A stretch of 64,000 nucleotides of DNA from Cetorhinus maximus. Lineage: Eukaryota. The first letter of the stretch is position 1. The number at the start of each line of letters is the position of its first letter. The stretch spans positions 204,104,001 through 204,168,000 of the forward strand of contig NC_135881.1 in NCBI RefSeq assembly GCF_964194155.1, in the 5' to 3' direction. The translations under genes and the position numbers were made by a program. This document shows, piece after piece, positions 12,694 through 24,199 of the stretch. The notes under the pieces are model-generated. The model did no database searches. It saw nothing but the letters and a program-made list of their open reading frames with translations, and was not told the origin of the DNA.

Positions 12694-12733
12694 GGTTCTG
12701 ATGAAGAGTCATACGGGACTCGAAACGTTAACT
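12694..12733 (+). ncRNA. Minimal type I hammerhead ribozyme motif (PLE pLTR), sense to DROSHA pre-mRNA
   Basis: gguu CUGAUGA a GAGUC auacgg GACUC GAAA cg UU aacu: intact core, 5-bp stem II. Confidence 0.75.
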
Positions 12734-13256
12734 GTGTTCCTCTCCGCAGATGCTGTCAGACCTGCTGAGTTTTTCCAGCTATTTTTACTATTCTCCAGAT
12801 AAGGACTTTTCTTCTGAATTCCATATTTGATTTGGCCCCTGGTTTTGTTTTTCCCCCACAAGTGGAAGCATTCCCTCTGCATCCGTTCAATCAAAGCCTT
12901 TCATTATTTTAAAGACCTCTATTAGGTCACCACTCAACTTTCTGCTTTCGAGAGAACAGAGACCCCACCTGTTCACCCTCCCCTGATGGGTATAACTTTT
13001 ATTTATCTTCTTGGTAGAAGTCCCTTTGTGGACTGTTGTTTGGGCCACAGGTCGACCATGTTTTCCGGAAATTTGTTAGTCAGTCGCGGGCTGTGTTCAG
13101 GGCAGCTCCGTTTTGCAGAAGGACCTCAAACAGATGTGGGGGTCCCCCTCTTCGCAAAGGACCTAACGCCTGGGTTCAAGCCTGGGCCCTAAACGCCGCT
13201 TTTTTCTGACTTTACCAGACTGGCGTGCGACACATGTCCTGCACATAGTCAGCGTG

Positions 13257-13614
13257 CACTGAGTACTCGATATGGACAAGTGCTTTGACGCCACCTATGA
13301 AATCCTTCACCTTCACAAAGAGAAATAAACTCAACAGAAACGTTCAGGGAAATTTAAATAAAAACACCAAAACTCGCATTTAAAAACAAAGTCACACTTA
13401 CGCACTTCGGACAAGCACGCTTTTCTCCCAGTAAAACAACGAGAGTGCTCAGCTTCAAGCAAGGTTAAAAATGAGCAACTATAAACAAAAAGGCAGGCAT
13501 TGACCTCAGTTGCCGGCTGAGTAATTTTATTTAGAATTTGTCAGTGGCTGTTATATCAACAAGGAATAGCCTTTCGGAATTTCCTCCCTTGTTTGTACAT
13601 TACGTGTTAATGCC
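13257..13614 (-). repeat. Long inverted repeat, right arm (~358 bp)
   Basis: Reverse complement of 10757-11114; ends 202 nt upstream of exon 13817. Confidence 0.97.
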
Positions 13615-13816
13615 ATCTTGAATTTTCAGACGCTTGCTTTGTGCCTGTAAAAAGAAATGTGGGCAGTGTCAGCAGATTTCCAGGCTGGTGTATCTGATGT
13701 GAACCAAATGCGAGAGCCGCAAGGTATCGTTTTATTGACTCAAATTGAAGTTGGTGGTGTTGTCGGAGGGAAGATGATTTGTATGATTGATAGCATGCTG
13801 ATACTTCTCTTTCAAG

Positions 13817-13916
13817 GTATCAGAAACTGTGGAAGAGTTATGTCAAACTGCGTCATCTACTAGCAAACAGCCCAAAGGTCAAACAAGCGGACAAGCAGAA
13901 ATTAGCTCAGCGCGAG
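13817..13916 (+). CDS. DROSHA: DROSHA coding exon (100 nt, phase 2-0): (Q)YQKLWKSYVKLRHLLANSPKVKQADKQKLAQRE
   Basis: ttcaag|G acceptor and GAG|gtaag donor; peptide nearly identical to vertebrate Drosha central domain (YQKLWKSYVKLRHLLANSPKVKQTDKQKLAQRE). Confidence 0.97.
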
Positions 13917-14397
13917 GTAAGCTACCGTATACTCCCATTCTTCTGACGCTGGTTATGTTTTCATTTAACGCTAGATTTCTTGAAAAGCCTTTGGAATAAT
14001 GTAGAGGATAAATGATGCGAGTTAGGAATGCAAATAGGAGAGGATACGTCCAAGAATCCAGCTTGTGCTGAAGATTCCATCGTGTAATCAAAGGGCAGAG
14101 TTTAGGAAGGATGTGAAGGCGTTAGAGAGGGTGCAGAAGAGATTCACAAGAATGGTCTCAGGGATGAGGATCAGTAAGGGGCATGCGAGGAGACAGGTGG
14201 CTGTGCTGGAGTGAGACGGAGTCTGAGTGAGTAGCGGATTAGGTTCACCTGGTAAGTTCTGGTAAGCCCTTTTCAGGTTTTAACTATAGATTCAGGATCA
14301 AGTTCTGACATAGTACTAACCTTCAAGTAAGTTAGGCCAGCTTGTTAAACTGAGTACTGCCTGCAGTGGTTCAGTTGGTTCAGGTGGTATTAATGAC

Positions 14398-14958
14398 TGT
14401 AGCAGGAAGCTAAACTAGCCAGCGACTCATCAGAGGGTCTATAAAAGAGACAGGCGTAGAGGTGTTCCCCTTTTCCCTCAGAGACCCTCCCCACACTCAA
14501 GTTTGAGACACCAGATTCACAAGTGTATGGCTTGAACATAATGACCAGCACAACAAGTTTCCTCTGATAATTCACAATTGCTTTATTGAATCACCCACAA
14601 TCCAGCAGTGCAAAACCCCAAAACTTAAAACAACCCGTTTCCCAGTACCCGACACAAAGTCCCCACGACTTGGGCTTAAACTTACAATAGCGCAGGCAAA
14701 ACACCACGTCTTGTCCTGAAACCTTAAGAAAAAACCCTCAGGCCAATATCACCCAAGAATGGCTGAAACAAGTTACAAGGTACTGGCAAAACACACCAAG
14801 TTTTCACCCCAAACCTTCACAAAACCCTCAGACCAATATCACCACGATTTGGTTGAAACGTACAATCCCCAACATGGCTGGTCAGTCCGGTGTAGAATGT
14901 AGGCCTGGGTCAAGGTGACCAGCCCTGACCCTCCTTCCAGCTGCAGCCCAGATATTCA
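14398..14958 (-). mobile_element. Probable retroviral-type LTR
   Basis: Minus strand TG...CA termini, preceded by a purine-rich tract (aaaaaacaagagcagata); AATAAA near 14585; internal ~90-bp diverged direct repeats at 14696-14865. Confidence 0.5.
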
Positions 14959-14982
14959 TATCTGCTCTTGTTTTTTAATAAT

Positions 14983-15354
14983 TTAACTCAGACATGTCAA
15001 AACATATTTCCTGTTGTTCCAGTGTCCATTTAGTTGATTCCACGCAAACTCCAGACAAATGTCATCAGCTCCTGCTGGTTGAAACAATACAGGGTTTTCC
15101 ATGGAAGATGTATCCAGATGAATATTATCACTTCTCATTGTGTGAGCAATTCTCCTGCTGTTTGAGGAGACATAGTAACAGCACCTGGCTCCAAAGTTAA
15201 TGCAGACCTTAGATGCATAATTCCTTGAGGGTATTGTGTTGATGATCTGTCCTTTGTGCCATTGTATTGGGTAACCAGACTTCTTGATAGCATTAGTTGA
15301 TGGCAGGTAATGGCATTTCACTGGTACCATTGTTCCCTGGTAGCAGTCAGTCAA
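14983..15354 (-). pseudogene. Possible ERV envelope (TM) remnant
   Basis: VCINFGARCCYYV is a CX6CC motif (15178-15204) just upstream of the PPT/LTR; no clear ISD or TM helix survives. Confidence 0.35.
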
Positions 15355-15574
15355 TGGCCAAACCCTTTTGATGAGTCACTTTTTTTTGCTAAATACCCGA
15401 ATTAACCCCTTGCTGCCTAGTGCTCCATTGCTGACTGCAGCTTATCATTTGTAATTTATAGTTCAATCATGAGGTCAAAACATGTCCATGGGTTTGAAAT
15501 TATGTTCCATAAATTTCCCAACTGGAGGGTATACCGATCCTATACAGGCTTTTCAAATTGCACGGTCAGTAACA

Positions 15575-17077
15575 GACACACGAGGAGACAGGAGACTATG
15601 CCAGAGTGAGACAGAGACTGAGTGAGTAGCTAATTAGGTTCACGTGGGAATTCAGCACGTGGGGGAAAGAGGTGTGGCATAATAGGAATTATTCTGAGTT
15701 AATTAAGTGAGCAATTAAATTAAGTTAACTAAATAATCTAAGTAACAATGGCAGGACAGGTGTTATGTTGCAGCTGTGGAATGTGGGATCTTTTGGACAC
15801 CAAGGTGATCCAGGACAAACATGTCTGCAGAAAGTGTAACAGCTAGAGGAATCCTGGATCAGGGTTATTGATCTGGAAGCCAAACTGCAGACTCTGCGCA
15901 ACATAAGGGAGGGGGAGAAATACCGGGACACGTCCTTCCAGAAGACGGTCACGCCTCTTAGAATAGGGTCGTCTGTTTTGGTCAGCAGTGAGGGGCAGAA
16001 GGATGTGATCATGAGTGATGCAGGTAATGGGACTAAGCAGACTGTAGTGGAGGAGCTTTGGACTTTGCAATTGTCAAACAGGTTTGACATGCTCACAACT
16101 TGTATGGATGGAAGTGAGGTCTGCAAAGTTGGCGAGCAGGCTGGCCATGGCACCATGGTACAGGAAGCCGTTCAAGCAGAAGGAGCAAACAGTAGTGGTA
16201 GTAGGGGACAGTATAGTGAGGGGGATTGACACTATTTTCTGCAGCAAAGAGTGAGAGTCCAGAAGGCTGTGTCGTTTGCCCGGTGCCAGGGTTCGGGACA
16301 TCTGCTCAGGGCTGTAGAGGAACTTGCTGCGGGAGGGGGAGGATCCAGTTGTCGTGGTCCATGTAGGTACCAGTGACATAGGCAGGACAAGGAAGGAGGT
16401 TCTGTAAAGTCAGTATGAGAAACTAGGTACCAAATTAAGAAGCAGAACCTCTAAGGTAATAATTTCTGGATTATTAGCTCAGTCAGGTGCAGATTGGCTT
16501 AGGGTGAATAAGATTAGAGAGATGAATGTGTGACTCAAAGACTGGTGTGGGAGAAGTGGGTTCCGGTTTGTTGGGCACTGGCATCAGCACTGGGCAAAGT
16601 GTGGGCTGTACCGTTGGGGCAGTCTACACCTGAACTGTGCTGGGATGAGTGTTCTTGCGAATCGCCTAGCTAGGCAAGTAGAGAGGGTTTTAAACTAAAT
16701 GAGGGGTGTGGTGGTGGGGATCAGGGGTCAAGCTTTGGCGGATGTGGCAAATCAAGGGGTAGATTCAAGACAGGAGACCATAATAATAATGTGGGAAATG
16801 AGGGTCATAAAATAGCAGAAAGGAGCAGAGAAGTATAACCCACGAATACATCAATAGTCAAGGCTAGATGTCACAAAGGAGTCATTGGATACAGGGTCAT
16901 TGAATATTTTGAAGGCAGAGATAGATATATTTTCGTTAGGCAAGGGAATCAAAGGTTATCGGGGTTGGATGGGAATGTGGAATTTGAAACACAAACAGAT
17001 CAGCCATGATATTATTGAATGGCGGAGCAGGCTTGAGGGGCCAAATGGCCTACTTCTCCTATGTTGTACGTTCATAT
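15575..17077 (+). mobile_element. Internally deleted CR1: 5'UTR + decayed ORF1 (zinc finger + SGNH esterase) joined to the 3' tail
   Basis: From 15748 MAGQVLCCSCGMW...VCRKC; then VVVGDSIVRG...LPGARVRD...VVVVHVGTSDIG...IISGLL...LHLN (with stops); CR1 3' end at ~16880-17075 with no ORF2 in between. Confidence 0.85.
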
Positions 17078-18164
17078 GAACTTCAGTTATGAAGATAGAT
17101 TGGAGAAGTTAGGACTGTTTTCCTTGGAGAAGAGAATGCTGAGAGGAGATGTGATAGAGGTGTTCAAAATCATGTGGGGTCTGGAGAGAGTAGATAGAGG
17201 GAAACTGTCCCCGCTTGCGAAAGAATCGAGAATGAGAGGGCACAGATTTAAAGTAATCGGTAAAAGAAGCAAAAGCGACATACAGAAAACTTTTTCACAG
17301 AGCAAGTGATTAAGGTCTGGAATGCACTACCTGACAGTGTGGTGGAGGCAGGTTCAATTGAGGCTTTCAAGAGGGAATTGGATTATGATCTGAAAAGGAT
17401 GAATTTGCAGGGTTGTAGGGAGGAGGTGGGGGGATGGCACTAGGCGAATTGCTCATTTGGAAAGAGGTGCAGACATGATGGGCCGAATGGCCTCCTTCTG
17501 CGCTGTAACAAATCTGTGATCCTGATATCTGCTGAAACAGATCCAATCAAGTTTTCCCTCCAAGGTTTGCAGGTTCTGTCCTGCGCCTGGTACCACAGGG
17601 GTCATTAGATATTCTTCTGTCTATTCTTTGTGTAGCTTCCATAACTTGTATAGAGTAACTTGTCTGCATTACTGTCTAAAGTGTGGATAAGTGAAGTCTA
17701 CAGCTCTTTCACCCACTGATACCATCAGGACAGTAAGCCTGTGGAGTGCAGAGCTAATGTGTTAGTGTAAACGACGAGGAAAGGTCATGGAAGATGCCTT
17801 TGGCTGAGGGTTTAATAATCCACCACTGTAACGTGCAATCGGGGAGACCAGAGCTTGGGAGATCGGTAACTGTAACAGGAGGTTTCCCACACCCTTCGTT
17901 TCGTTGTGGATAGTGTCTCTTGTCAGCATCATTTTCTCTAGTAAATCTATCAGTGTAACCTCAGCGATCACTTGTTTGCGCCACATTCACTTTGTCAGAT
18001 CCGTGTGCCCTTGTAATTTCAATTCATTCTGTATTTTGAGTTCCTTTTTGTAGTACTTCCTAACTTATAAAACACCAAGTAATATTCATAAAGCACTGTG
18101 GAAAAACCTTCCTGTTGGGGCAGTGTAATCAAAAACTTTTTTAAAAGAAGACCACAATGAGGGC

Positions 18165-18650
18165 ATTGCACCAGTTCTGGCCACCACACTTTAGGAAGGA
18201 TGTGAGGGTGAGAAGAGATTTACCAGAATGGTTCTGGCGATGAGGGATTTTTAGCGCTAAGGGTGGGTTGGAGAGGCTGGAGTTGTTCTCTCTGGATCAG
18301 AGGAGATTGAGGGGAGATTTGATAGAGATGTACAAGATTGTGACAGGTTTAGATGGGGTAGACAAAAACCATTAGCTGATCGTACGAGGATGAGGGGACG
18401 CATTTAAAACTTTGGGCAGGGAAACGTGAGAAGGATCTTTTTATACCTAGTGGATGGTACTGGCCTGCAACTTTCCTATGAGGTTGGTAGAAACAGAGGA
18501 TTTCGGAAAGAAGTAAGATGGACAATTGAGGGAAATAAACTCCCACGGGGATAAGGTGAGAGTGGGGAAATGGGACTGACTGGATTACTCTACAGAGAGC
18601 CAGCACAGACTTGATGGACCGAATAGCTTCCCTCTGTGCTGTGATGACTC
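18165..18650 (+). mobile_element. CR1 LINE 3' fragment
   Basis: cagttctggccaccacactttaggaaggatgtg ... tail; same family motifs as the other CR1 copies. Confidence 0.8.
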
Positions 18651-19044
18651 TGAAGGAGGTACTGGGAAAAGTGATCAAAAATGTTACCAACAAACGGTTT
18701 TAGGGTGATTCTGAAAGGAGGAGGAAGTGTTTCAGTGAGGGATTCTGGACAGCTGAACACGGCCACTAGTAATGGGGCAGAAAGAGAGAGGGGTGTGTTA
18801 TAGGCCAGAGCCTGACGAGAGGTGTCTGGGTTTGGGGTTGTTTGCAAGGGGGGTGTTTTGGTGGGCAGGGGGTGGGTAGCGGTGGTGTGGTGTTTGTACG
18901 GCTGTTGGCACTTCCAGAGATGGGGGCTGAGTCTATGGTGGGATTTAAACACGTGAGTGGGATTTGGTGTGTGTTAGAGTTTGAGCAACGGAGTTTTGAT
19001 TGAGCTGAAATGTATGAAGGTTGGAAGATCTACATTAACTCAGT

Positions 19045-19613
19045 GGGTGAATTTTAACCTCCCCCCAAAAATGGTGGTTTGTGGTTGGATGCAGTGTTAA
19101 AACTTTAAAAATCTCGAACCCACCTCCAACCAACCCACTATACAATTATAAATTCAAACATTACAAAGCCAGGAGGCGGGACAAGGGAGGAGGACAGCTA
19201 ATCTCTTCCCTGTGGGAGGTTGGCTATTTAAATATTATAATGAGGCCGGTGACATCGCATTCAAGCCCGGCTGGACAGGATTCCCAGGAATTGGGAAACC
19301 CGGCAGCTGAAGGGAGGTGAAGACAGCTTTGGGGAGATGGTGAGTGCCTTCTTAGCACTGCTTGTGGGCCAAGAGGAGTAGGACTGCTCCCCCACCCCCC
19401 AGCCCCCACAAACTTATTCTCTTGCTTTGGATCAAACTCCTCCCACCTCTGGGGGTGGGGGGGTGTGAGGGGTAGGGCGAGGATCACGGCCAACAAAAAT
19501 ACACTCGCTCTGATATTAAAACCTTGAAACATATGGGGAAACCGGGGCATCTAGGTTTCTTGCCCAAAAATCCCTACACCCACGCAACTCGCCCCTCTCT
19601 CAGGATCAGGACC
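19045..19613. mobile_element. GC-rich MITE-like insertion within an old L2 fragment
   Basis: Starts GGGTGAATTTT like the other MITE termini here; right terminus degenerate. Confidence 0.4.
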
Positions 19614-19614
19614 A

Positions 19615-20850
19615 TTGTCTTTGGATGATGTTGTCAAAGGTCAGCATGTAGGTGAAGAGTAAAGATGGGCCTAGGATAAATAATCATGGCGTCGTGGGGT
19701 GGAAAGAGAAACCATTACTGGAGATATTCTGGCTACAGTTGGATAGGTAAGAATGGAATCAAGCAGGGGCAGCCCTACTGATGAGACGGACAGCAGAGGA
19801 GAGGCATTGATGGTGCAGTTGACCAGGTCAAAGGCTATACAGAGGTTGAGGAAAGATATTGTGTCTCACTCATGGAGGATGTAATTTATGAGGTTGGTTA
19901 GGGGTCATTCCGTTATTTTGGAGGGATGAAATCTGATTGGGCTTTGCAGGGAAGATGGGTAAAGATATGGGAGACAACAACGTGTCATAGGAACCGAGTG
20001 TCATTTTTTGAGGGGGTAAGAGTGATGGCAGTTTTGAAAGGGAGGGGAATGGCACCTACAATGCGGGAGCCATTATAATATCAGCTAGAATGGAGCTGAA
20101 AAATGGGGGGGGTTGGATGATCAGCCTCTTGGTGGAAGTAGTGTCAATCGATGGGGGAGAAACTAGAGAGCGATTCAGGATCAGGGCAGAGGTTTGGCCT
20201 GATGGGCAAGTGGAGAAGCAACAGAGGCAGCTGAACAGATGGTCTCAATCCTAATGCCAAAGAAGTCCGTGAGTTCTAGTGCTAGTTGCTGATGAGAGCG
20301 GGAAGGGGTGAGCTAGATTGGGGAGATGCTCGTGAACGAAAAAAGATGGGGATGTCTTGGTTCTGCAGTGATTTTGGTAGAGCTGAGTGAGCTTTTTCAC
20401 ACTATCGATTAAGTAGTCCAAAGGGTATGATGACATGTAGTGTAGGGAATAAGGCATTACTTTAATGTGGTCTAGTCAGAGCTAGCGATGGATGGCGAAA
20501 CTAACTGTGCACCGGATACATTCAGATTGTGCAGCCTGGGCTGGGGGGAGGAATGAAGATTGAGGTTAGATGTAGGGGAATGAAAAAGAGAAAAAACATT
20601 TTTTTTTTGCTGAGTAACGGACAGTAAGGCAGACATGGTAAAGTAATTAAATAGAAGGAAAGTTCTATAATTATCATGAAGGGAAGATGAATGACTCGTC
20701 AGTTGGGAATTTGAAAGTTTGATTATAACTGGTGTTGGGGAGAGTGCTTTTCACCAACAACGGACTCCGAATGAAATGGAGTTTGGAGGGAGGAGGTGGG
20801 TCTAAGTGTTGAGGGATGTGAGCAATCGCTGAGATTTGGCCTCGTCAATG
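19615..20850 (-). mobile_element. Old L2-like LINE remnant
   Basis: Purine-rich plus strand typical of antisense L2 ORF2; ggtcagcatgtaggtg corresponds to the decayed HLYADD-type RT motif on minus. Confidence 0.5.
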
Positions 20851-21779
20851 ATTGAGACACCGTAATAGTTAATATATTAACCCTTTGTGTGCATTATGGA
20901 AATATGCCTGGTCCTATTCAATGACCCCCTGTTCATTTAATTCTACTTTGTCATACACACCCTCAGAAAGCAATGGGAAATCTGTCATGGAAATGATAAA
21001 CTTCATTAGAAAGGAAATGATAAGCAGGCTGCTAACAAGAGAATAAAAGGGATCCCTCTGCGTTTTTATGTTTGAACTTATAATTGCATTTGTTGGAGAT
21101 GACAGCAAAGCAATTGCATCTAATCGCATGCGCAAAATAACGCGCGCAGCCCAAACACCACTGCTGGACACTGGGGAGTTCGCAAAGTATGAATCAAATG
21201 ATTTTTCATACAGGTTTATTTCGGGAGCATGTCATTTTAGATCTGTTAGCCTTGTAATTCAACCATACTGAGAGAGCTGCAGCTACTGCTGGGATTATTT
21301 ATAAAGAGAATCATTAACCTTACGGGGAAAAAAAAAAAGCCGGTTTAGGAGTCTATGCTTTATGATGCTGCTGAAATGCAATTTTGCTTTGTCTGGCATT
21401 TTCCATCCGTCATTAGTTTAGTGCTGTGGCTGCCTCAGCACTTGAGTGTATTTAACTAGCTGAACGAATTTCTGCTTAGGCCCTTTTGAAGTCTCATACA
21501 GTTTATTGCTTCAGCTGTTTATGAGGACCAAGATTGGGTCATTTTGAACTGAGGAGAATGGAGAGCAGTGTGACCAGAGATTTCCCTTCAACCTCTAACA
21601 CCGAGCATTTTTTTGAAGATTCCAACATCTGCTTTCTTATTACAGCCTCAGCTGTGCAGCACTGACGGAGTGGGGGGAGGGGGCAGAGGGCACTGTTTAA
21701 AAAGTGTCCTGTGACCGCCAATTACCATCGACATTTGCAAAGTGTATCCTCCTTTTGCACCGAGGGTCCTCTTGCCATA

Positions 21780-22250
21780 ACAACAACAGCTTGCATTTAT
21801 ATAGCACCTTTAACATAGTGAAGTGTCCCAAGGCGCTTCACAGGAGTGTTATCAAACAAGATTTGCCACCGAACCATCTAAGGAGATACTAGGGCAGATG
21901 ACCAAAAGCTTGGCCAAAGAGGTAGGTTTTAACCTGGGCCTAATAAGGAGGAGAGGAGGGGTCGGAGGGTCAGTGAGGTTTAAGAGAGATAATTCTCAAG
22001 CTCAGGGTGTTGGTAGCTGAAGGCATGACTGCGAATGGTGGAGCGATTGAAGTTGGCAATGTGCAAGAGGCCCGAATTGGAGAAGTGCAGATATTTTCGA
22101 ATGCTGGAGGGGATCACAGAGATGGGGAGGGGGCGAGACCAAGGATTTGAAAACAAGGATGACAATTTTACAATCAATGAGCTCCTCAACTGGGACCCAA
22201 TGTAGGTGAACACGGGGTTAATGAGTGAACCGCACTTGATACAAGTTAGT
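21780..22250 (-). mobile_element. L2 LINE 3' end
   Basis: aacaacaacagcttgcatttatatagcacctt tail; homologous to 42805-43185 in the opposite orientation. Confidence 0.75.
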
Positions 22251-22358
22251 GTGAGTGCAGGTCCTGAAAACGTTCAAGGTATATTACTTTGAGGAGTGTT
22301 AGCATTGATACATCCCATTATGGCGCACCAAAGAATCCCATATTTGCATTCGTTTCAG

Positions 22359-22466
22359 GAGGCTCTGCAGAAGATCCGACAGAAGAATACAATGCGACGT
22401 GAGGTAACAGTGGAACTGAGCAGCCAAGGTTTCTGGAAGACTGGTGTGCGCTCAGATGTCTGTCAG
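22359..22466 (+). CDS. DROSHA: DROSHA coding exon (108 nt, phase 0-0): EALQKIRQKNTMRREVTVELSSQGFWKTGVRSDVCQ
   Basis: tttcag|GAG ... CAG|gtatg; continues the previous exon in frame; embedded in ORF 22296..22625. Confidence 0.97.
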
Positions 22467-24199
22467 GTATGTGTTGACCCAGTTGTATCAAATGGATTGG
22501 GCCCTCTTGGTAGCATGAAGGGTAGTGTACTCCCTTCACACAGGTATCTGAAAATCCACCTCCGTTTAAATAACGAAGAGCCCGATGAGAAAGCTTCAAA
22601 ACTTTCAACAAATTATAGTATGTGAATAGGCCATTCAGCCCCTCAAGCCTGTTCTTTTGGATCTTGGGTGATTTAGCCTTCAATTCCATTGACTCACCTT
22701 TGCTCCGTATCCCTTGACACCATTACTGAACAGAAATCTATTGATCTTAGTCTTAAAATTTTCAGTTGATTCTCAGCCTTTTGAGACTGTGGGCTCCAAC
22801 TTTCCCCCACCTTTCCTGTGAGACCTGCTTCCTGATTTCCCTTCCGGCTCTGACTTTAACATGGTGCCGTGTTGATCTGGATCCCCCCCGCACCAGTTTC
22901 TCTCTATTGACCCGGTTGAATCCCTTTATTGGTTTATAGATCTTTATTAGATAAACCCTCAGTCTTCTAAATGTAAGAGACTATAAACCAGCTCTGTGCA
23001 GCCACTCTTCACGGTGATGAAATGATTTAATCCCTTATATTTTTGCTGGTGAATCTGCACCGTATCCTCTCCAAGGTCAGTGTGTTTTTCCTGAGGTTTT
23101 GGTGCTCCAGGCGGGGTCTGATCGAGGTTCCGCACAGCTGCGCCTCCTCACTCTTGTATTTAAATCCTTTTTAGATAAAGGCCAATATTCCGTTTACCTT
23201 TTTTGACAATCTGTTGTGCCTGTGCACCAGCTTCTAGTGATCTGCGTACAAAAAAACCAAAATCCCTTTGTTCCTCCACAACAACTCCGTTTCACCGTTA
23301 ACAAAATATTCCAGTTTGTCTTTCTGACTGCACCTCACACTTCTCTCCACCTGCCAGAATTTTGCATTAATCACTTTGTCCATCTATGTTGCTTTGTAGC
23401 TTCCCTGTTCCCATCTATACAACTCCTTAACTGGGCGTCAGTTGTAAGTCTGTCAAGTGATAAAGTGTTAATCCTCAGGCACCCGGCTCAGGTCCTGGAC
23501 ACTGTCTTGTGTGTGATCCTTAAACTCAATGGACTCTTGTGTACCCTCCTCAGAATCACAGAAGGAGGCCACTTGGCCCTTCGTGTCCATGCTGGCTCTC
23601 CAAATGTCACCTAGTGGCGTTCCTCCACCTTCTCCCCATAACCCAGCACATTATTCCTCATCAATAGAAGAACAGTCAACGCTTGCCATACACAAAGAGG
23701 CCTTATACTTATCATTATAATGCTGGCGCTCTCGTAGAGCGATCTTAATTTGACAGCTCTGCTCTCTCACCATGACCGTGTATCCTTTCTCTGCTTCGAA
23801 TACTTGTCCATTTTTCCCTTTAAAACAGGCAATGGTTTATGCCTCAGCTACTCACTGTGACGAAGCTGTTCCTGTTCCACAAACTCTTTGCATAAAGAAA
23901 TGTCTCCTAACCTCCTCCTCATATCCCTAGTGCCAATTTTCAATTGATTGCTGCTTGTCAATGACTCTTTAACTTGGGGAAATAGTCATTCCAATTCATC
24001 CAATCTTTTCACAAAACCTCCACTAAATATGCTCACTCTTCTCTGCTCTAGTACCTCAGCGTTCTGCTGAATTGGAAATCATATTCTATCCATAGAACTG
24101 GGAGCATGAACAATGGGAGACCTTACTCTGGTACAGTGAAGAGCGCTCAGAATTCAGGTGTTATTACAGCCCAACAGCATAGCAGTCGTGGTAATTGTT

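Larger units (their letters stand above)
12013..12789 (-). mobile_element. Penelope-like element family B, 5' truncated with inverted pLTR, 14-bp TSD
   Basis: GIY-YIG C-terminus PVACHFN...KLEEQQLIFQLGTL..GLN (ORF 12515..12712); 12695-12789 is the inverse of ~12055-12149; TSD attgtccagataag / attctccagataag. Confidence 0.9.
14097..17520 (+). mobile_element. CR1 3' fragment (14097-14170 + 17078-17520) split by ~2.9 kb of nested insertions
   Basis: agggatgagga (14170) continues as acttcagttatgaagatagattggagaag (17080), which is contiguous in the copy at 29531-29570. Confidence 0.8.

Noticed and set aside
1-13816. Expected upstream DROSHA exon (...HFGIRPAQLSYAGDPQ)
   Set aside because: Not found by eye; it presumably lies before the window, making this intron longer than 13.8 kb.
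14418-14436. CTGATGAG on the minus strand in the LTR as a hammerhead
   Set aside because: No GAAA or stem II/III at the required spacing.
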